Below, in pieces: positions 11,101 through 20,318 of a stretch of DNA of 64,000 bases. Both the position numbers and the translations under genes were made by a program. How positions within the stretch are numbered: the first letter of the stretch is position 1; every line of letters starts with the position of its first letter. The DNA comes from an uncultured Candidatus Saccharibacteria bacterium (GTDB lineage Bacteria; Patescibacteriota; UBA1384; XYA2-FULL-43-10; 1-14-0-10-43-13): assembly GCA_964419835.1 (NCBI GenBank), contig CAYQPT010000003.1, positions 799 to 64,798 of the forward strand, written 5' to 3'. The notes beneath the pieces are model-generated. The model saw only the letters and a program-made list of their open reading frames with translations, did no database searches and had not been told where the DNA came from.

Positions 11101-11236
11101 TTATTACGAGCCAAAGAAAGATGAAAAAATGGTTGAAGCATCAGAAGATGACTCTAAAATAGATTTTCATACTAAGAAATTACCCGAAAATCCCCCAATT
11201 ATTAAAGATGACACGAACTACTGGGGCGCGAAATAA
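8192..11236 (+). CDS. gyrA: DNA gyrase subunit A with an acidic N-terminal extension and a lysine-rich C-terminal tail
   Basis: [33 protein letters not shown], the active-site region and C-terminal beta-pinwheel repeats. About 75 extra N-terminal residues and a ~140 aa K/E-rich tail. GAGGA lies 7 nt before the ATG at 8192. Confidence 0.92.
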   Translation: MDDNNIDENEIIPTEDSEQSKEVGSEEVSENPADDAEIIEEVSVSPVVADRDSGSPTSDLMRNNTVEEDMFVPEVGNLVRRDLTVEMETSYLDYAMSVIVSRALPDVRDGLKPVHRRVLYAMHATGLHHSSKYRKSAKVVGEVIGNYHPHGDVAAYDTLVRLAQDFSMRYPLVDGQGNFGSMDGDSAAAMRYTECRMSSIAEEMVADIDKDTVDWQDNYDGSTQEPIVMPARVPQLLLNGTMGIAVGMATNIPPHNLGELCNGIGALIDNPEVTVEDLMEHIKGPDFPTGGVIYNNEDIKMAYATGKGRIMMRAKADIEEGKRGFKIVITEIPYQVNKATMIEKIADLVKEKKIDGISDLRDESDRHGVRVVIELKANSYPKKVLNRLFELTQMQTAFHVNMLALTPDLEPVVMTLKDVLSYYIEHRKNVIERRSRYELKKAKDRAHILEGLRIALDNIDEVINTIRASANRDEAKKNLIAKFKLSELQADAILDMRLSALAALERKKIEDEYDEIMKRIAYLEDLLAHPEKILSLIKTDLKEVADKYGDDRRTAIVPGALGSFNAEDLIPDQKVIVAFSRSNYIKRQEIETYRKQTRGGFGVVGMTTKEEDIVDNLACASTHDDIYFFSNKGRVFKSKVYELPASSRQSKGTPIVNIVQISQDEKVTAILTVPKTNKSKFFIMGTKNGQIKKTEIEKYENIRKTGIIAVGLKGDDELKWVKMSGGKDIIVEVSVKGQAICYPETDVRPMGRSASGVTGMRLRKSDQVMSMDIVPGEMAGFDKPTNFRGPDMLIVLENGFGKRTMLRNFHLQKRGGMGIRAANCTPKTGNVIGMHITYTDLGDVILASQKGQFIRMELAKIKRLGRDTQGVTLMKLRADDKVSSVALILPDEEEVVQNEIPLDLNSPKAPEEKTVRDNGSAKLEKTEKKIAIKEKNVSNKPDKKVIQSMTKDIPTKDKKENETESKFKVNYYEPKKDEKMVEASEDDSKIDFHTKKLPENPPIIKDDTNYWGAK

Positions 11237-11438
11237 ACATAGAATCAAGTATTTTGAATTACGAATTATGGCAGAGTTACTATTATATTGAATTGATAGC
11301 GCCGAATTAGTGTTATCTATAATTCGGGTTGCTTTTAGAACTATTTTTCAGTATAATAAAAGGCACAGTTATTGATCGCCGAAGTTTAAGCAGCCAGAAA
11401 CACCATTATTCATTATTCCATATTCATAATTCCATCCT

Positions 11439-13337
11439 ATGGCCCGATTCCAAAAAAGAAAATTGAGCAAGAAAGAACAAAAGGCAGTGGACAAAAATGG
11501 CCCACAGCTTACTTTTGAGGAGAGAAAAGCTCAAAAGGAAGCTTCGGCCGAGCCAAAAGCAAAAAAACAAGTCCACATTCCAAATGTAATCTCAGTAAAA
11601 GATTTTGCAGAAATTTCTGGTTTACCTGTAACTCAGGTTATCACTGTTCTGATGAAGAATGGTATTTTGGCAACAATTAATGAAACAATTGACTTTGAAA
11701 CAGCTGCCATCGTTGGAGATGACTTGGGTCTTGAAATCATTCCGTCTGAAGAAGAGGAAGCAGAAGGCAAGCAGATAGAAGAAAAAGTGGAGAATAAAAA
11801 CTTAGTTCATCGTCCGCCAGTTGTTACTATTATGGGCCATGTTGACCACGGAAAGACAACTCTTTTAGACCAGATCCGTTCCGCTCATGTCGCTGAAGGT
11901 GAGTCAGGCGGTATAACTCAACACATTTCCGCGTATCAAGTTACGCTAAAAGACACTAAGAATAAAAACTTAAAGAATAGAACTATTACTTTTATTGACA
12001 CTCCCGGCCATGCTGCTTTTTCGGCCATGCGGGAGCACGGTTCGGCGATCACTGACATTGTTGTCCTAATTATCGCCGTAACTGACGGTGTTATGCCGCA
12101 AACAATTGAGGTAATCAAACAAGCTCAGGGAAATAATGTACCAATCATTGTGGCTATTAATAAAGTTGATGTGCCTGATGCCGATATAATGAAAACCAAA
12201 CAACAGCTCTCCGAATATGATCTTGTGCCAGAGGAGTGGGGCGGAAAAACTGTTATGTCGGAAATATCCGCTAAGACAGGCAAGGGCGTTGATGATCTTT
12301 TGGAGCTTATTCTTTTGCAAGCCGATTTAATGGAGCTAAAAGCTGATCCGAAAGAGGATGCGCTTGGAATTGTCATTGAATCACACATGCAAAAAGGCGC
12401 TGGTGCCATGGCGTTGGCTTTAATTGAAAATGGAACATTACGAAAAGGCGACGCCGTCGCGATTGGCGCTTCGTTCGGCCGAATTAGAATTCTTGAAGAC
12501 ACGCTGGGCAAACCGGTTGAAAGCGCGGGTCCAAGTTTCCCCGTTCTTCTCGCTGGATTGAAGTCACTACCAAACTTTGGCGATCGGCTTTTGGCATTTA
12601 AAAATGAAAAAGCTGCCCGTGAGACAGCTCAGAAATATCAGAGAGCAGATGTTAAGATTAAAATTGCAACTGCCAGAAAATATTCTAAAGAAGGTGCTGC
12701 GGCAGAAAACATTGAAAAAGCTTTTGATTACAACATCATACTAAAGACTGACGTTCATGGCTCGCTTGAAGCAGTTAAAAAACTTCTTTCAGAGATTAAA
12801 TCGCAGGAAGCTCAAATTCAAATCATCTCTGAAGGAGTTGGCGCTATCTCGGAGTCGGATGTTACTTTGGCGAAGGCAACCGGTGCCCATATTATTGGCT
12901 TTAGAGTTAAAGGACTGGACGCTGCCAGAAAGATTGCCGAAAAAGAAAAAGTCACAATCCAATTATTTGAAATCATTTATGAACTGATCGATACAATTAA
13001 AAGAGATATCGGAAAGATGCTTCCGCCCGAAGTTATTGAGGAAGAGTTAGGCAAAGGTGACGTACTCGGCATTTTCCGCGATGACAGAAAAGGTTTTGTA
13101 GCAGGTGGCAAGATTGAAAAAGGCAAGCTCACGGTTGGTGACGAGATTAAAATATTTCAAAATGACAATGAAAAATATAGAGCCAAGATTGTTTCTCTTC
13201 GAAAAGAAAAAAGTGAGGTTAAAGAGTGTGAATCCGGTTCAGAATGTGGCTTTGGTATGCCGGCCGGCGCAAATGTGGCAGTAGGGGACACCTTCGTTGC
13301 TTTCAAAACAATCCACAAAGAACGCGTCATTGAATAG
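11439..13337 (+). CDS. infB: translation initiation factor IF-2 (short form)
   Basis: GTPase motifs [17 protein letters not shown] and NKVD, and IF-2 C-terminal domains. Confidence 0.92.
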   Translation: MARFQKRKLSKKEQKAVDKNGPQLTFEERKAQKEASAEPKAKKQVHIPNVISVKDFAEISGLPVTQVITVLMKNGILATINETIDFETAAIVGDDLGLEIIPSEEEEAEGKQIEEKVENKNLVHRPPVVTIMGHVDHGKTTLLDQIRSAHVAEGESGGITQHISAYQVTLKDTKNKNLKNRTITFIDTPGHAAFSAMREHGSAITDIVVLIIAVTDGVMPQTIEVIKQAQGNNVPIIVAINKVDVPDADIMKTKQQLSEYDLVPEEWGGKTVMSEISAKTGKGVDDLLELILLQADLMELKADPKEDALGIVIESHMQKGAGAMALALIENGTLRKGDAVAIGASFGRIRILEDTLGKPVESAGPSFPVLLAGLKSLPNFGDRLLAFKNEKAARETAQKYQRADVKIKIATARKYSKEGAAAENIEKAFDYNIILKTDVHGSLEAVKKLLSEIKSQEAQIQIISEGVGAISESDVTLAKATGAHIIGFRVKGLDAARKIAEKEKVTIQLFEIIYELIDTIKRDIGKMLPPEVIEEELGKGDVLGIFRDDRKGFVAGGKIEKGKLTVGDEIKIFQNDNEKYRAKIVSLRKEKSEVKECESGSECGFGMPAGANVAVGDTFVAFKTIHKERVIE

Positions 13338-13452
13338 CATTCGTGGTCTTTATAGTACTAAAAATTTGTGTGCCATTGGCAGACATTTTTATTTTCTAGG
13401 AACTGCTGTACAATATAAGTATTAAATAATGTTCTAAAAAATGGAGGGTGAT

Positions 13453-14781
13453 ATGAAAAAAATTGGAGCAATGCTTTTTATAGGCATTTTTTCGTTGATG
13501 ACTTTTTGGGGGACAGCGAGTGCCGGCCCATCGGTTGACCAAAGCAACACAAAAATTGAAGATGCCTCAGCTTCCCTGTTGATGGATGCGCCTTATTATA
13601 GGGCTCAAACTTTCCGTCCCGACAGGCAGCATATAGATCAGATAGATATCTATTTAAAAGATAGAGCAGAGGGATCATGGGCACAGATTTATCTTTATAA
13701 TGAAACTAATCATCTAGAGATTGCTAATGTAGGTCATAGGATGGCCGCGGGAACTGGTTGGGAGACCTATCCTCTAAATGTTGACGTAACAGTAGGAGCG
13801 AGATACAGAATTAAACTAGTTGTTAATGCTTCAGGTGTTAAATGGCCTTTTACTACCGGGAATGTTTATATTCGGGGATCATTGTACTACGAAGAAAACA
13901 CTTATTATAGTGGAGCTGATTTTATATTTAGGACTTGGGGCACTGATCCCGTTGAGATGGTTGAGGAGCAAATCATTCCAGAGGACGGAACAGATGAGCC
14001 CGGAACGCCCGGAACGCCAGCGTCCATCCCTGGAACTGCTGAAGGGATAACCGTAGTGGCGGAAACTCCGACAGCGACAGTTGCAACATCAATCGCCAAA
14101 CCAACCGAATTAACCGCCGCTTACACCGATAGCGCAAAACTGACATGGAAAGCATCGACTACTACCGATATCACCGGTTACATCGTCTTCCGATCTGAAA
14201 CCAAGGGAAAGGGGTATACAAAGATAGCAGATGTGGCAAAAAATATATTAGAATATACTGACACAACAGCCGCTGCGTCAAAAACCTACTACTATGTTGT
14301 CAGGGCGGTAAAAGGGACAGTGCAGTCTGCCAGTTCCAATGAAGCAACAGTAGTTGTACCAGCGACCGCTCCGCCAATTGCTCCTCAAAATTTAAAAGTA
14401 AATTTGGTCCAAAGTTCATCCATAAATGTAACTTGGGATAAAAATCCAGAAGAAAATATTTCAGGATATACTTGCACCATTTCTCTCGAAGGCAAAGAGG
14501 TGGAAGTAAAAAATATCGGAGCGGATGACAATAATTGTCTTTTCTCTAATCTGATACCTGACGCAGATTACAAAATTGCCGTTATCGCCAAGAATTCATT
14601 GGGAGAATCCTCATCTCCTTCAGAGATAACACAAAAGACCGCTTTAGAAACTGTTGTCCAGAAAGAGCCAATATTGCCTTTGCTTCTCTGGGTGCTCCTA
14701 TCCTTTGCCGCCGCTCTTACAATAGTTCTAATGATAATGATCTGCCGCAGACATAAAAAAGCTAAACAGCAGTCAGTTTAA
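13453..14781 (+). CDS. secreted, C-terminally membrane-anchored protein with two fibronectin type III-like repeats
   Basis: Signal peptide MKKIGAMLFIGIFSLMTFWGTASA. Two FN3-like repeats (LTWKAS...YYYVVRAV and VTWDKNP...YKIAVIAKN). C-terminal TM helix followed by a basic tail. GGAGGGTG SD before the ATG at 13453. Confidence 0.7.
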   Translation: MKKIGAMLFIGIFSLMTFWGTASAGPSVDQSNTKIEDASASLLMDAPYYRAQTFRPDRQHIDQIDIYLKDRAEGSWAQIYLYNETNHLEIANVGHRMAAGTGWETYPLNVDVTVGARYRIKLVVNASGVKWPFTTGNVYIRGSLYYEENTYYSGADFIFRTWGTDPVEMVEEQIIPEDGTDEPGTPGTPASIPGTAEGITVVAETPTATVATSIAKPTELTAAYTDSAKLTWKASTTTDITGYIVFRSETKGKGYTKIADVAKNILEYTDTTAAASKTYYYVVRAVKGTVQSASSNEATVVVPATAPPIAPQNLKVNLVQSSSINVTWDKNPEENISGYTCTISLEGKEVEVKNIGADDNNCLFSNLIPDADYKIAVIAKNSLGESSSPSEITQKTALETVVQKEPILPLLLWVLLSFAAALTIVLMIMICRRHKKAKQQSV

Positions 14782-14795
14782 CTTAAGTTTACAAT

Positions 14796-15887
14796 ATGTC
14801 AGAAAAAATAAATAATATCCTACACAGGTTTTTTGCTTTTGTCGTTCGAAGAAAATTACTCTGCGTCCTACTGGTGGTATTGTGTTGTTCTTTGTTTGCT
14901 GCCAAAGTATCGATTTCGGCGCAAAATATTGGCGCCGGTGAAGCCGTCTCAAAAATATCAAAAGCAATCACCATGGGATCGCTGGCGCCGATTACTGGAC
15001 CGGGGGAGAAGAATGAAAGCAGTGTAGATACTGATAATACAACCGAGAATACCTCATCTTCTACCCCATTGTCAGTAGGGAAGTCAAACAGCACAACCGG
15101 AATCACAAGTTCATCCAACACTTCCTCGACAACACCTCCTAATTCATCTTCTGGATCTTCTGGCTCCAACCCCAGTTCCCCTGCTTTGCCGGTTGACGAA
15201 ACGCCATCAGCAGTTGTGGCTTTTTATGCTGATAACCAGTCGGACACAGACGCCGAGGATGAAAATCACCTGAGAGTTGTTGATTATATCTTAGCAACTG
15301 GTGCTAATCCGGTATTTCACGCTGGTGATTTAATGGAAGACGGGACACAGGATAGTTTAAACCGCTTTAATGCGGTGACAGGAACAATGCGTTCGAGCCG
15401 GTCTTTCTATGCCGCATTGGGTAATAACGACCGCAAATACGGCGACTCTTCCACCCCATCGTCACTGTTTTTGAACAACTTTGTTTTCCCGAACAACGAA
15501 CAATGGTATTCAGTAAATGTTGGCAATCTGCACATGGTCGTTTTGGACAGCGCTTTCTCTAGAAGCAGCACTACTCAGCGTAATTGGCTTATCGCTGATC
15601 TGCAGAGCGCGTCTTCCCAATCAAAAGTAACGGGCGTAATGTATCATCACCCTGATTTTTCAGCAGATATTTCACAGTATCTTACAGATAATGGCGTTGA
15701 TTTCGTTATTTCGGGACACACCCATTCCTATACACATGCGATTTCCGGTGGAGTTCACTATTTTGTGACAAGCGGACAGCCGGGGATAGGGTATCTTTTA
15801 GCAAGAATCTATCAAGATAATGTTTCAATCTCGTACTACAATAGTAGTAATAGCGTAGTTGAAACATTCAATTTTAACGAGAGATAA
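14796..15887 (+). CDS. secreted calcineurin-like metallophosphoesterase with a Ser/Thr-rich linker
   Basis: N-terminal signal anchor, a long S/T/N-rich low-complexity linker, and metallophosphatase motifs (GDLMEDG, GNND, HHP, GHTHSY). Confidence 0.7.
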   Translation: MSEKINNILHRFFAFVVRRKLLCVLLVVLCCSLFAAKVSISAQNIGAGEAVSKISKAITMGSLAPITGPGEKNESSVDTDNTTENTSSSTPLSVGKSNSTTGITSSSNTSSTTPPNSSSGSSGSNPSSPALPVDETPSAVVAFYADNQSDTDAEDENHLRVVDYILATGANPVFHAGDLMEDGTQDSLNRFNAVTGTMRSSRSFYAALGNNDRKYGDSSTPSSLFLNNFVFPNNEQWYSVNVGNLHMVVLDSAFSRSSTTQRNWLIADLQSASSQSKVTGVMYHHPDFSADISQYLTDNGVDFVISGHTHSYTHAISGGVHYFVTSGQPGIGYLLARIYQDNVSISYYNSSNSVVETFNFNER

Positions 15888-15891
15888 TTGT

Positions 15892-16395
15892 TTAAATATT
15901 TCTACTGTCATACGCCCAGTGAAGTACTGCCTGGCGTTGTTTTGGTCTGCAGGACAGATCCTTTGATCGACAGTTTCTTTTTATTTGGGCGATATGGCGA
16001 TTGATTGCTTTCCATCGCTTAATTTGCCGCGCGTCTTCTTTCGGAATTCTTCTCCCCATGTAGTATCGGCAGTACCACTGGAACCATCCGCGCGGGTCCT
16101 CTTCATATATCCAGCCGTTTTTTCTCCAAACAAATAGAGGTTGGCTGGCGTTTACTTTAAAATAGTTTAAATTTGAGTCGTGTTTCTCGGGGCATAATTT
16201 GGCATTATTAAACCAATCTTTGGGAAACTCATCTTTACAATCGGTCATATATTTTCCACCAAACACGCCCAGTTCGAGCATTTCTTTGGGAGTCAAATCG
16301 GGCTTAAATTCCGGATCAAAGTTTCTTCCCATTGGCTCGGAAAGTATATAGGAATAACCCTTCTGCATTTTGTCATTTATAACGACTTTTTTCAT
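15892..16395 (-). CDS. conserved hypothetical cytoplasmic protein (Trp/Cys-rich, GWFQWYCRYYMGRR motif)
   Basis: Intact 167 aa ORF with protein-like composition; I cannot assign a family from memory. Confidence 0.55.
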   Translation of the reverse strand: MKKVVINDKMQKGYSYILSEPMGRNFDPEFKPDLTPKEMLELGVFGGKYMTDCKDEFPKDWFNNAKLCPEKHDSNLNYFKVNASQPLFVWRKNGWIYEEDPRGWFQWYCRYYMGRRIPKEDARQIKRWKAINRHIAQIKRNCRSKDLSCRPKQRQAVLHWAYDSRNI

Positions 16396-16455
16396 TGCAT
16401 ATTACGATTATAGACCAACCAAAAACCTGTGTCATATAGCATTTTAATGCATAAT

Positions 16456-16464
16456 TGTGGATAA
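16456..16464 (+). promoter_or_regulatory. perfect DnaA box (TGTGGATAA, the reverse complement of TTATCCACA)
   Basis: Exact 9-mer match to the DnaA box consensus, in an AT-rich 325 bp intergenic region. Confidence 0.5.
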
Positions 16465-16543
16465 GTACGAACATAAACCGAACATAAGATTATCACAATC
16501 TGATCTTAAAATTAATCATGAGCATAAACATTTTGCGTGACAT

Positions 16544-16552
16544 TGTGGATAA
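16544..16552 (+). promoter_or_regulatory. second perfect DnaA box (TGTGGATAA) in the same orientation, 88 bp from the first
   Basis: Exact 9-mer match; both boxes sit within the extended repeat ATTGTGGATAAG. Confidence 0.5.
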
Positions 16553-16719
16553 GCCAGATACATCGCGAAAAAATAAAAGCAATAGAATATAATTGTTGTA
16601 AAAATAGTTTAAAAATTAACTGTAAGGATAAAAGGAGCGTTGCTTGCTAAATAAGTTTGGCATTTCTATTATTAGATATGGTAAAATGTAATTGAAAACA
16701 ATTCTTTAGGAGGACTAAA

Positions 16720-17034
16720 GTGAAAAAAGGATTTACATTACTGGAATTGCTTATAGTCATTGCTATTATTGGTATTTTGGCCACGATCATTACTTTAAAT
16801 GTGGCTAACGCTAAAGACAGCGCCAAAAAAGCCAAAGCAATTTCCGACCTTGATACAATTGCGAAGATGGAAGAATATTACAAAAGCCAGAATACCACTC
16901 AAAAATATACAATAAGTCGCAGTGAATATTCTTGTGATATTTATCTCCCGGTTGAAGAGTTGTCAACAATTTCCCTCTACAGGAAAACAAATGGTTGGTT
17001 TGGGGTATATCGAAAGAATGCCGACTTATTTTGA
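16720..17034 (+). CDS. type IV pilin / pseudopilin with prepilin N-terminal methylation motif
   Basis: MKKGFTLLELLIVIAIIGILA is a class III signal peptide (G|FTLLE). GTG start with AGGAGG 6 nt upstream. Confidence 0.85.
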   Translation: MKKGFTLLELLIVIAIIGILATIITLNVANAKDSAKKAKAISDLDTIAKMEEYYKSQNTTQKYTISRSEYSCDIYLPVEELSTISLYRKTNGWFGVYRKNADLF

Positions 17035-17434
17035 TAAGGATGGAAACGAGCAAGAGTACGCATATTCAAGTAAAGACGGAAGCTCCTTTATTATCGAAGC
17101 AGCCGATGTAACAAATCAGACGGAATTGCTTCGGGTAACTCCCTCGGGTTTAGTTAAAGAGGGCGCTAATCAGTCAATTACTCAGACAGATGCACTATGC
17201 AGAGCGTTTGATACAAATGGAGATGGTATTTTAAGGTCTGATATAAATGAGTGGAATGCGACACAAGCGACTATGCATGCTTGTCGCGTTTATCCTTTGA
17301 CGGATGAATGCAAAAAGTTTGACATGAATAAAGATGACACAATTGACTCTATAGATGCCATCATGCTCTTTAATTTTATACAAGCTGCTTCTTCCTCCTA
17401 TATTGACACAAACTGCAGTCAACTGGGATACTAA
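17018..17434 (+). CDS. dockerin-like / EF-hand-like calcium-binding repeat protein in the +1 frame overlapping the pilin 3' end; possibly the pilin C-terminal domain separated by a frameshift
   Basis: DTNGDGILRSDINEW and DMNKDDTIDSIDAIMLFNFI resemble dockerin type I Ca-binding repeats. No signal peptide of its own. The ORF opens at 16916, with in-frame starts at GTG 16922, ATG 16991 and ATG 17018. Confidence 0.4.
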   Translation: MPTYFDKDGNEQEYAYSSKDGSSFIIEAADVTNQTELLRVTPSGLVKEGANQSITQTDALCRAFDTNGDGILRSDINEWNATQATMHACRVYPLTDECKKFDMNKDDTIDSIDAIMLFNFIQAASSSYIDTNCSQLGY

Positions 17435-17716
17435 CAGTTTTTCGGGGCAGCAAAAGAGAGAGCCCGTATGCTGCGACTCTCCCGATTAGATCGATCAAAA
17501 GATTGCTCCTCTAAAAAATCGTAATCTGTATCTATATAGTACTCCTGCCACAGACCCTGTCAATGACGGGAGGGATGAGGTATTTTTTAGTATATTTGCA
17601 ATCTCATCTATTAAAATAGAACCTTTTTTTGCGAGGCCGTCTTTATCTTTTTCCTAATTCATGTAATTATACAGTTAGCCCAGCGGGGCAATTCCAACTT
17701 GAAAGGTGGCAATCCA

Positions 17717-19147
17717 ATGTCGAAGAAGTCAAAAGGATTCCCAGTTCTGTTTCAGGCTGGGATGGGATCGAGAGTTTCAAGCTGGGTGATGGCCCGCATA
17801 GTTTCTATGCTGGGTGCACTCGGCGTTGTCTCTTCTGTCGGACTGCGCACAGTCATGATCGAGGAGGTTAGGCGAGGCAACCAAAAGGTGATCGAGATGG
17901 CCAAGAGGTTTCCATTTCCTGGCCATATCGAAGAGTTGCTGGCATTTGCCAAGGGATGCAAGTGGCACAAAAAGCCAGTCCCAATGGACCAGTTCGGTCC
18001 AAAAGGCGAGCTTGCCAAACGGCTGTCTACGATAGCCGCGTTCATTGAAGTGTCCTTGGCAAAAGAGGGGCACAACGGTCTGATCGGGATCAATGTGATG
18101 TGGAAGCTGCCGCTGACGGTGCTGCCGGTGATATACGGCGCAATGCTTGCAGGCGTCAATATCATCATTGCCGGGGCAGGGGTCCCGATGGAGCTACCAG
18201 CTATTGTCGAGGCAATCCGATCCGGTCAAGACCTGGCTTTCAAACTGGGGACGGACGCGGAATTCACTTTGCGGATTGTTCCTGGAACTTCTGAGCTCAT
18301 AAGCTCGCGTGACAGGCCGAAGCTGGCACCGATTTTGTCCAACTTTGTGTTTTGCAGAAAACTCAAGGATGGATGGAAAGAGAAATACGGCGTCGAGCCG
18401 GATTTCTTCATTCTTGAGGACTACAAGGCAGGCGGCCACAATGCTCCACCTCGTAACAAGGAAGTGCATTCCGTTGAGAAAGACGGGATCGACAGCTACT
18501 TCGACGAAGTCGTAGAGCTGGGAATTCCGGTGGTCGTCGCAGGCGCATTTGAGCACGGCGGAACACGGGCAGATCTGCTTTACTGGCAGAAGAGGGGCGC
18601 TCATGGGATCCAGGTCGGATCCCGGTTTGCTCTTTCTTCTGATTCAGGAATGCTCGAGATCTACCGTCATCAGATCCTTGAGCTCAACAAAGCAGGCAAG
18701 CTGGAGATAATAACCCGCATGTCGGACTCACCAACGGGTTATCCGATCAAGATGGCGGTCCTTCAAGGTACTCTAGCCGATCCCGAGATCTACCGTGCAC
18801 GCAGGCGTGCTTGCAAACAAGGGTACCTTCGTGAGGTGCACACCTATACTGACGAGTCTGGCCAGGAGGTCCAAGTACTGTCTTGTAAGGCCATGCCTCT
18901 TGATCAGTATATGGCCCTAAATCCAGACAAGACCAGAGAGCAGTGCGAGGAGGACTCTGACGGTAAGGTCTGTCTGTGCGACGGACTCTTGGGTGCGATT
19001 GGGTTCAAGGCCGTACCAGCGTACATAACGTTGGGCGAAAGTGGGAGGATACCAACTGAGGAAGAGTCTGCCCGGGAGATTGCCCTAGAGATTCTGACTC
19101 CGAGGGACGACGAGGATACAGGGATTGACCTACGACTTGCCGCCTAA
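17717..19147 (+). CDS. FMN-dependent nitronate monooxygenase / FabK-like oxidoreductase (COG2070 family) with a Cys-rich C-terminal extension; GC-rich, probably horizontally acquired
   Basis: FQAGMG...LGALGVVSS, GAGVP and LEDYKAGGHNAP resemble NMO/2-nitropropane dioxygenase motifs. About 55% GC against about 38% in the flanks. An SD-like AAAGGTGG precedes the ATG at 17717. Confidence 0.55.
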   Translation: MSKKSKGFPVLFQAGMGSRVSSWVMARIVSMLGALGVVSSVGLRTVMIEEVRRGNQKVIEMAKRFPFPGHIEELLAFAKGCKWHKKPVPMDQFGPKGELAKRLSTIAAFIEVSLAKEGHNGLIGINVMWKLPLTVLPVIYGAMLAGVNIIIAGAGVPMELPAIVEAIRSGQDLAFKLGTDAEFTLRIVPGTSELISSRDRPKLAPILSNFVFCRKLKDGWKEKYGVEPDFFILEDYKAGGHNAPPRNKEVHSVEKDGIDSYFDEVVELGIPVVVAGAFEHGGTRADLLYWQKRGAHGIQVGSRFALSSDSGMLEIYRHQILELNKAGKLEIITRMSDSPTGYPIKMAVLQGTLADPEIYRARRRACKQGYLREVHTYTDESGQEVQVLSCKAMPLDQYMALNPDKTREQCEEDSDGKVCLCDGLLGAIGFKAVPAYITLGESGRIPTEEESAREIALEILTPRDDEDTGIDLRLAA

Positions 19148-19166
19148 GGCAGATCGTATTTCCAGA

Positions 19167-19199
19167 GCCGGCCGCTGATTGTGGCCGGACTCTTTTTTT
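19167..19199 (+). terminator. rho-independent terminator (CCGGCC-loop-GGCCGG followed by a T7 run)
   Basis: Stem 19168-19173 pairs with 19183-19188, 9 nt loop, then TCTTTTTTT. Confidence 0.7.
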
Positions 19200-19220
19200 A
19201 AATTATAAATATTTATTATT

Positions 19221-19556
19221 TTACTTTTTAATTGCCAGCCATTTCCAGAGTGCGGCAAGAGCAAAAATCAGTGCAAAAAATGACAAGATTGCGTTGAAAA
19301 CCATTATCACTGAGAATGTTTTTGCCCACCAGGGCCAAGTCAGCTTGGTATTTTGTTCAGCATTGGCGGTGGCATTCGTCTGTTGCTGCTGTTGGACTGT
19401 CTTTTTCTGTTGCTGGCTTTGAAGATAGCTGTTTAAGGCGTCTGTCTTGGGATCTGTTTCGGCCGCAAAAACATTTGATGATATCGGCCAAAATATTGGA
19501 AGTGCACCAATCAGTAAAAGTGCCGACGCAAATAAACTTACTAATAATTTTCTCAT
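19221..19556 (-). CDS. small secreted/membrane protein (signal peptide, Q-rich middle, C-terminal TM)
   Basis: MRKLLVSLFASALLLIGALPIF signal, a QQQKKTVQQQQQ stretch and a C-terminal hydrophobic helix. AGGAGA lies 5 nt before the ATG on the minus strand. Confidence 0.55.
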   Translation of the reverse strand: MRKLLVSLFASALLLIGALPIFWPISSNVFAAETDPKTDALNSYLQSQQQKKTVQQQQQTNATANAEQNTKLTWPWWAKTFSVIMVFNAILSFFALIFALAALWKWLAIKK

Positions 19557-19718
19557 TCAATCTCCTTTTATTACTTGCCGAAAGAGTAGCAGAGTGCTTT
19601 CTTGGATTCATTGGGTGAGATAACAAAAATACTTCAACTTCAAAATATATCATTTGATGTTGAGAAAAAAATAATTTTAGTTTATCTTGTAGATGAATTA
19701 CTAAAAGAAAGGTTAATT

Positions 19719-20192
19719 ATGAATTTTATGTTTAGAAGAACTTTTTGGGGAATTTTAATTGTGCTAATTGGGGTGCTTTACATTATAAATAATATCTTTG
19801 GGACTAATATTCCGGTCTGGAACATTTTCTGGCCTTTTGTAATTATTATGGTCGGAATTAGTTTGCTTTATGGCCACCGCGGTATTAAAACCGAGAGTCA
19901 GATAATTTTTGATGAGGGCGATTTGGAAATTTCTTCGGAAAACCGTGATTACAGCACGGTTTTCGGTAGCAGTACATATGACTTTCGTAAGATCAAGCTA
20001 AACAAAAAAACCATAAATATTGAAGCCAGTACCGTATTTGGCGCAACCAAAATTCTAATAGATGAGAAAATACCGATGCGGATAAAAGCAAGCAGCGCTT
20101 TCGGTGGAGTCAAGCTTCCTGATGGCAGCACAGTGGCATTTAGCGAAAGAGAGTACTTTACAAAATCTTATAAAAAAATACTCCGCATGTAA
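19719..20192 (+). CDS. LiaF-like (DUF2154-like) membrane protein with a C-terminal beta-repeat domain; the C-terminus is probably truncated by a frameshift in an A7 run
   Basis: Two N-terminal TM helices and repeated I-N-I-x-A-S-x-V-F-G motifs. A +2-frame continuation directly after the stop encodes VNVNVSAVFGGTEIIS, matching the internal repeats. SD AAAGAAAGG lies before the ATG at 19719. Confidence 0.5.
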   Translation: MNFMFRRTFWGILIVLIGVLYIINNIFGTNIPVWNIFWPFVIIMVGISLLYGHRGIKTESQIIFDEGDLEISSENRDYSTVFGSSTYDFRKIKLNKKTINIEASTVFGATKILIDEKIPMRIKASSAFGGVKLPDGSTVAFSEREYFTKSYKKILRM

Positions 20193-20282
20193 ATGTTAAT
20201 GTGAGTGCCGTATTTGGCGGGACAGAAATAATCTCATAAACCAAGTTAATTTTGAACTAATTTTTCAAAACTGCCGACTTTT

Positions 20283-20291
20283 TGGTATAAT
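20283..20291 (+). promoter_or_regulatory. extended -10 promoter element (TGgTATAAT) upstream of cdaA
   Basis: TGG followed by TATAAT at 20286-20291, about 30 nt upstream of the cdaA start. Confidence 0.4.
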
Positions 20292-20318
20292 TTAATCGAA
20301 CTAATTTTGTGAGGGGAA

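Noticed and set aside
14789-15169. 126 aa minus-strand ORF overlapping the metallophosphoesterase gene
   Set aside because: It is antisense to the Ser/Thr-rich linker region of a supported gene. Its acidic low-complexity translation is the mirror of that region.
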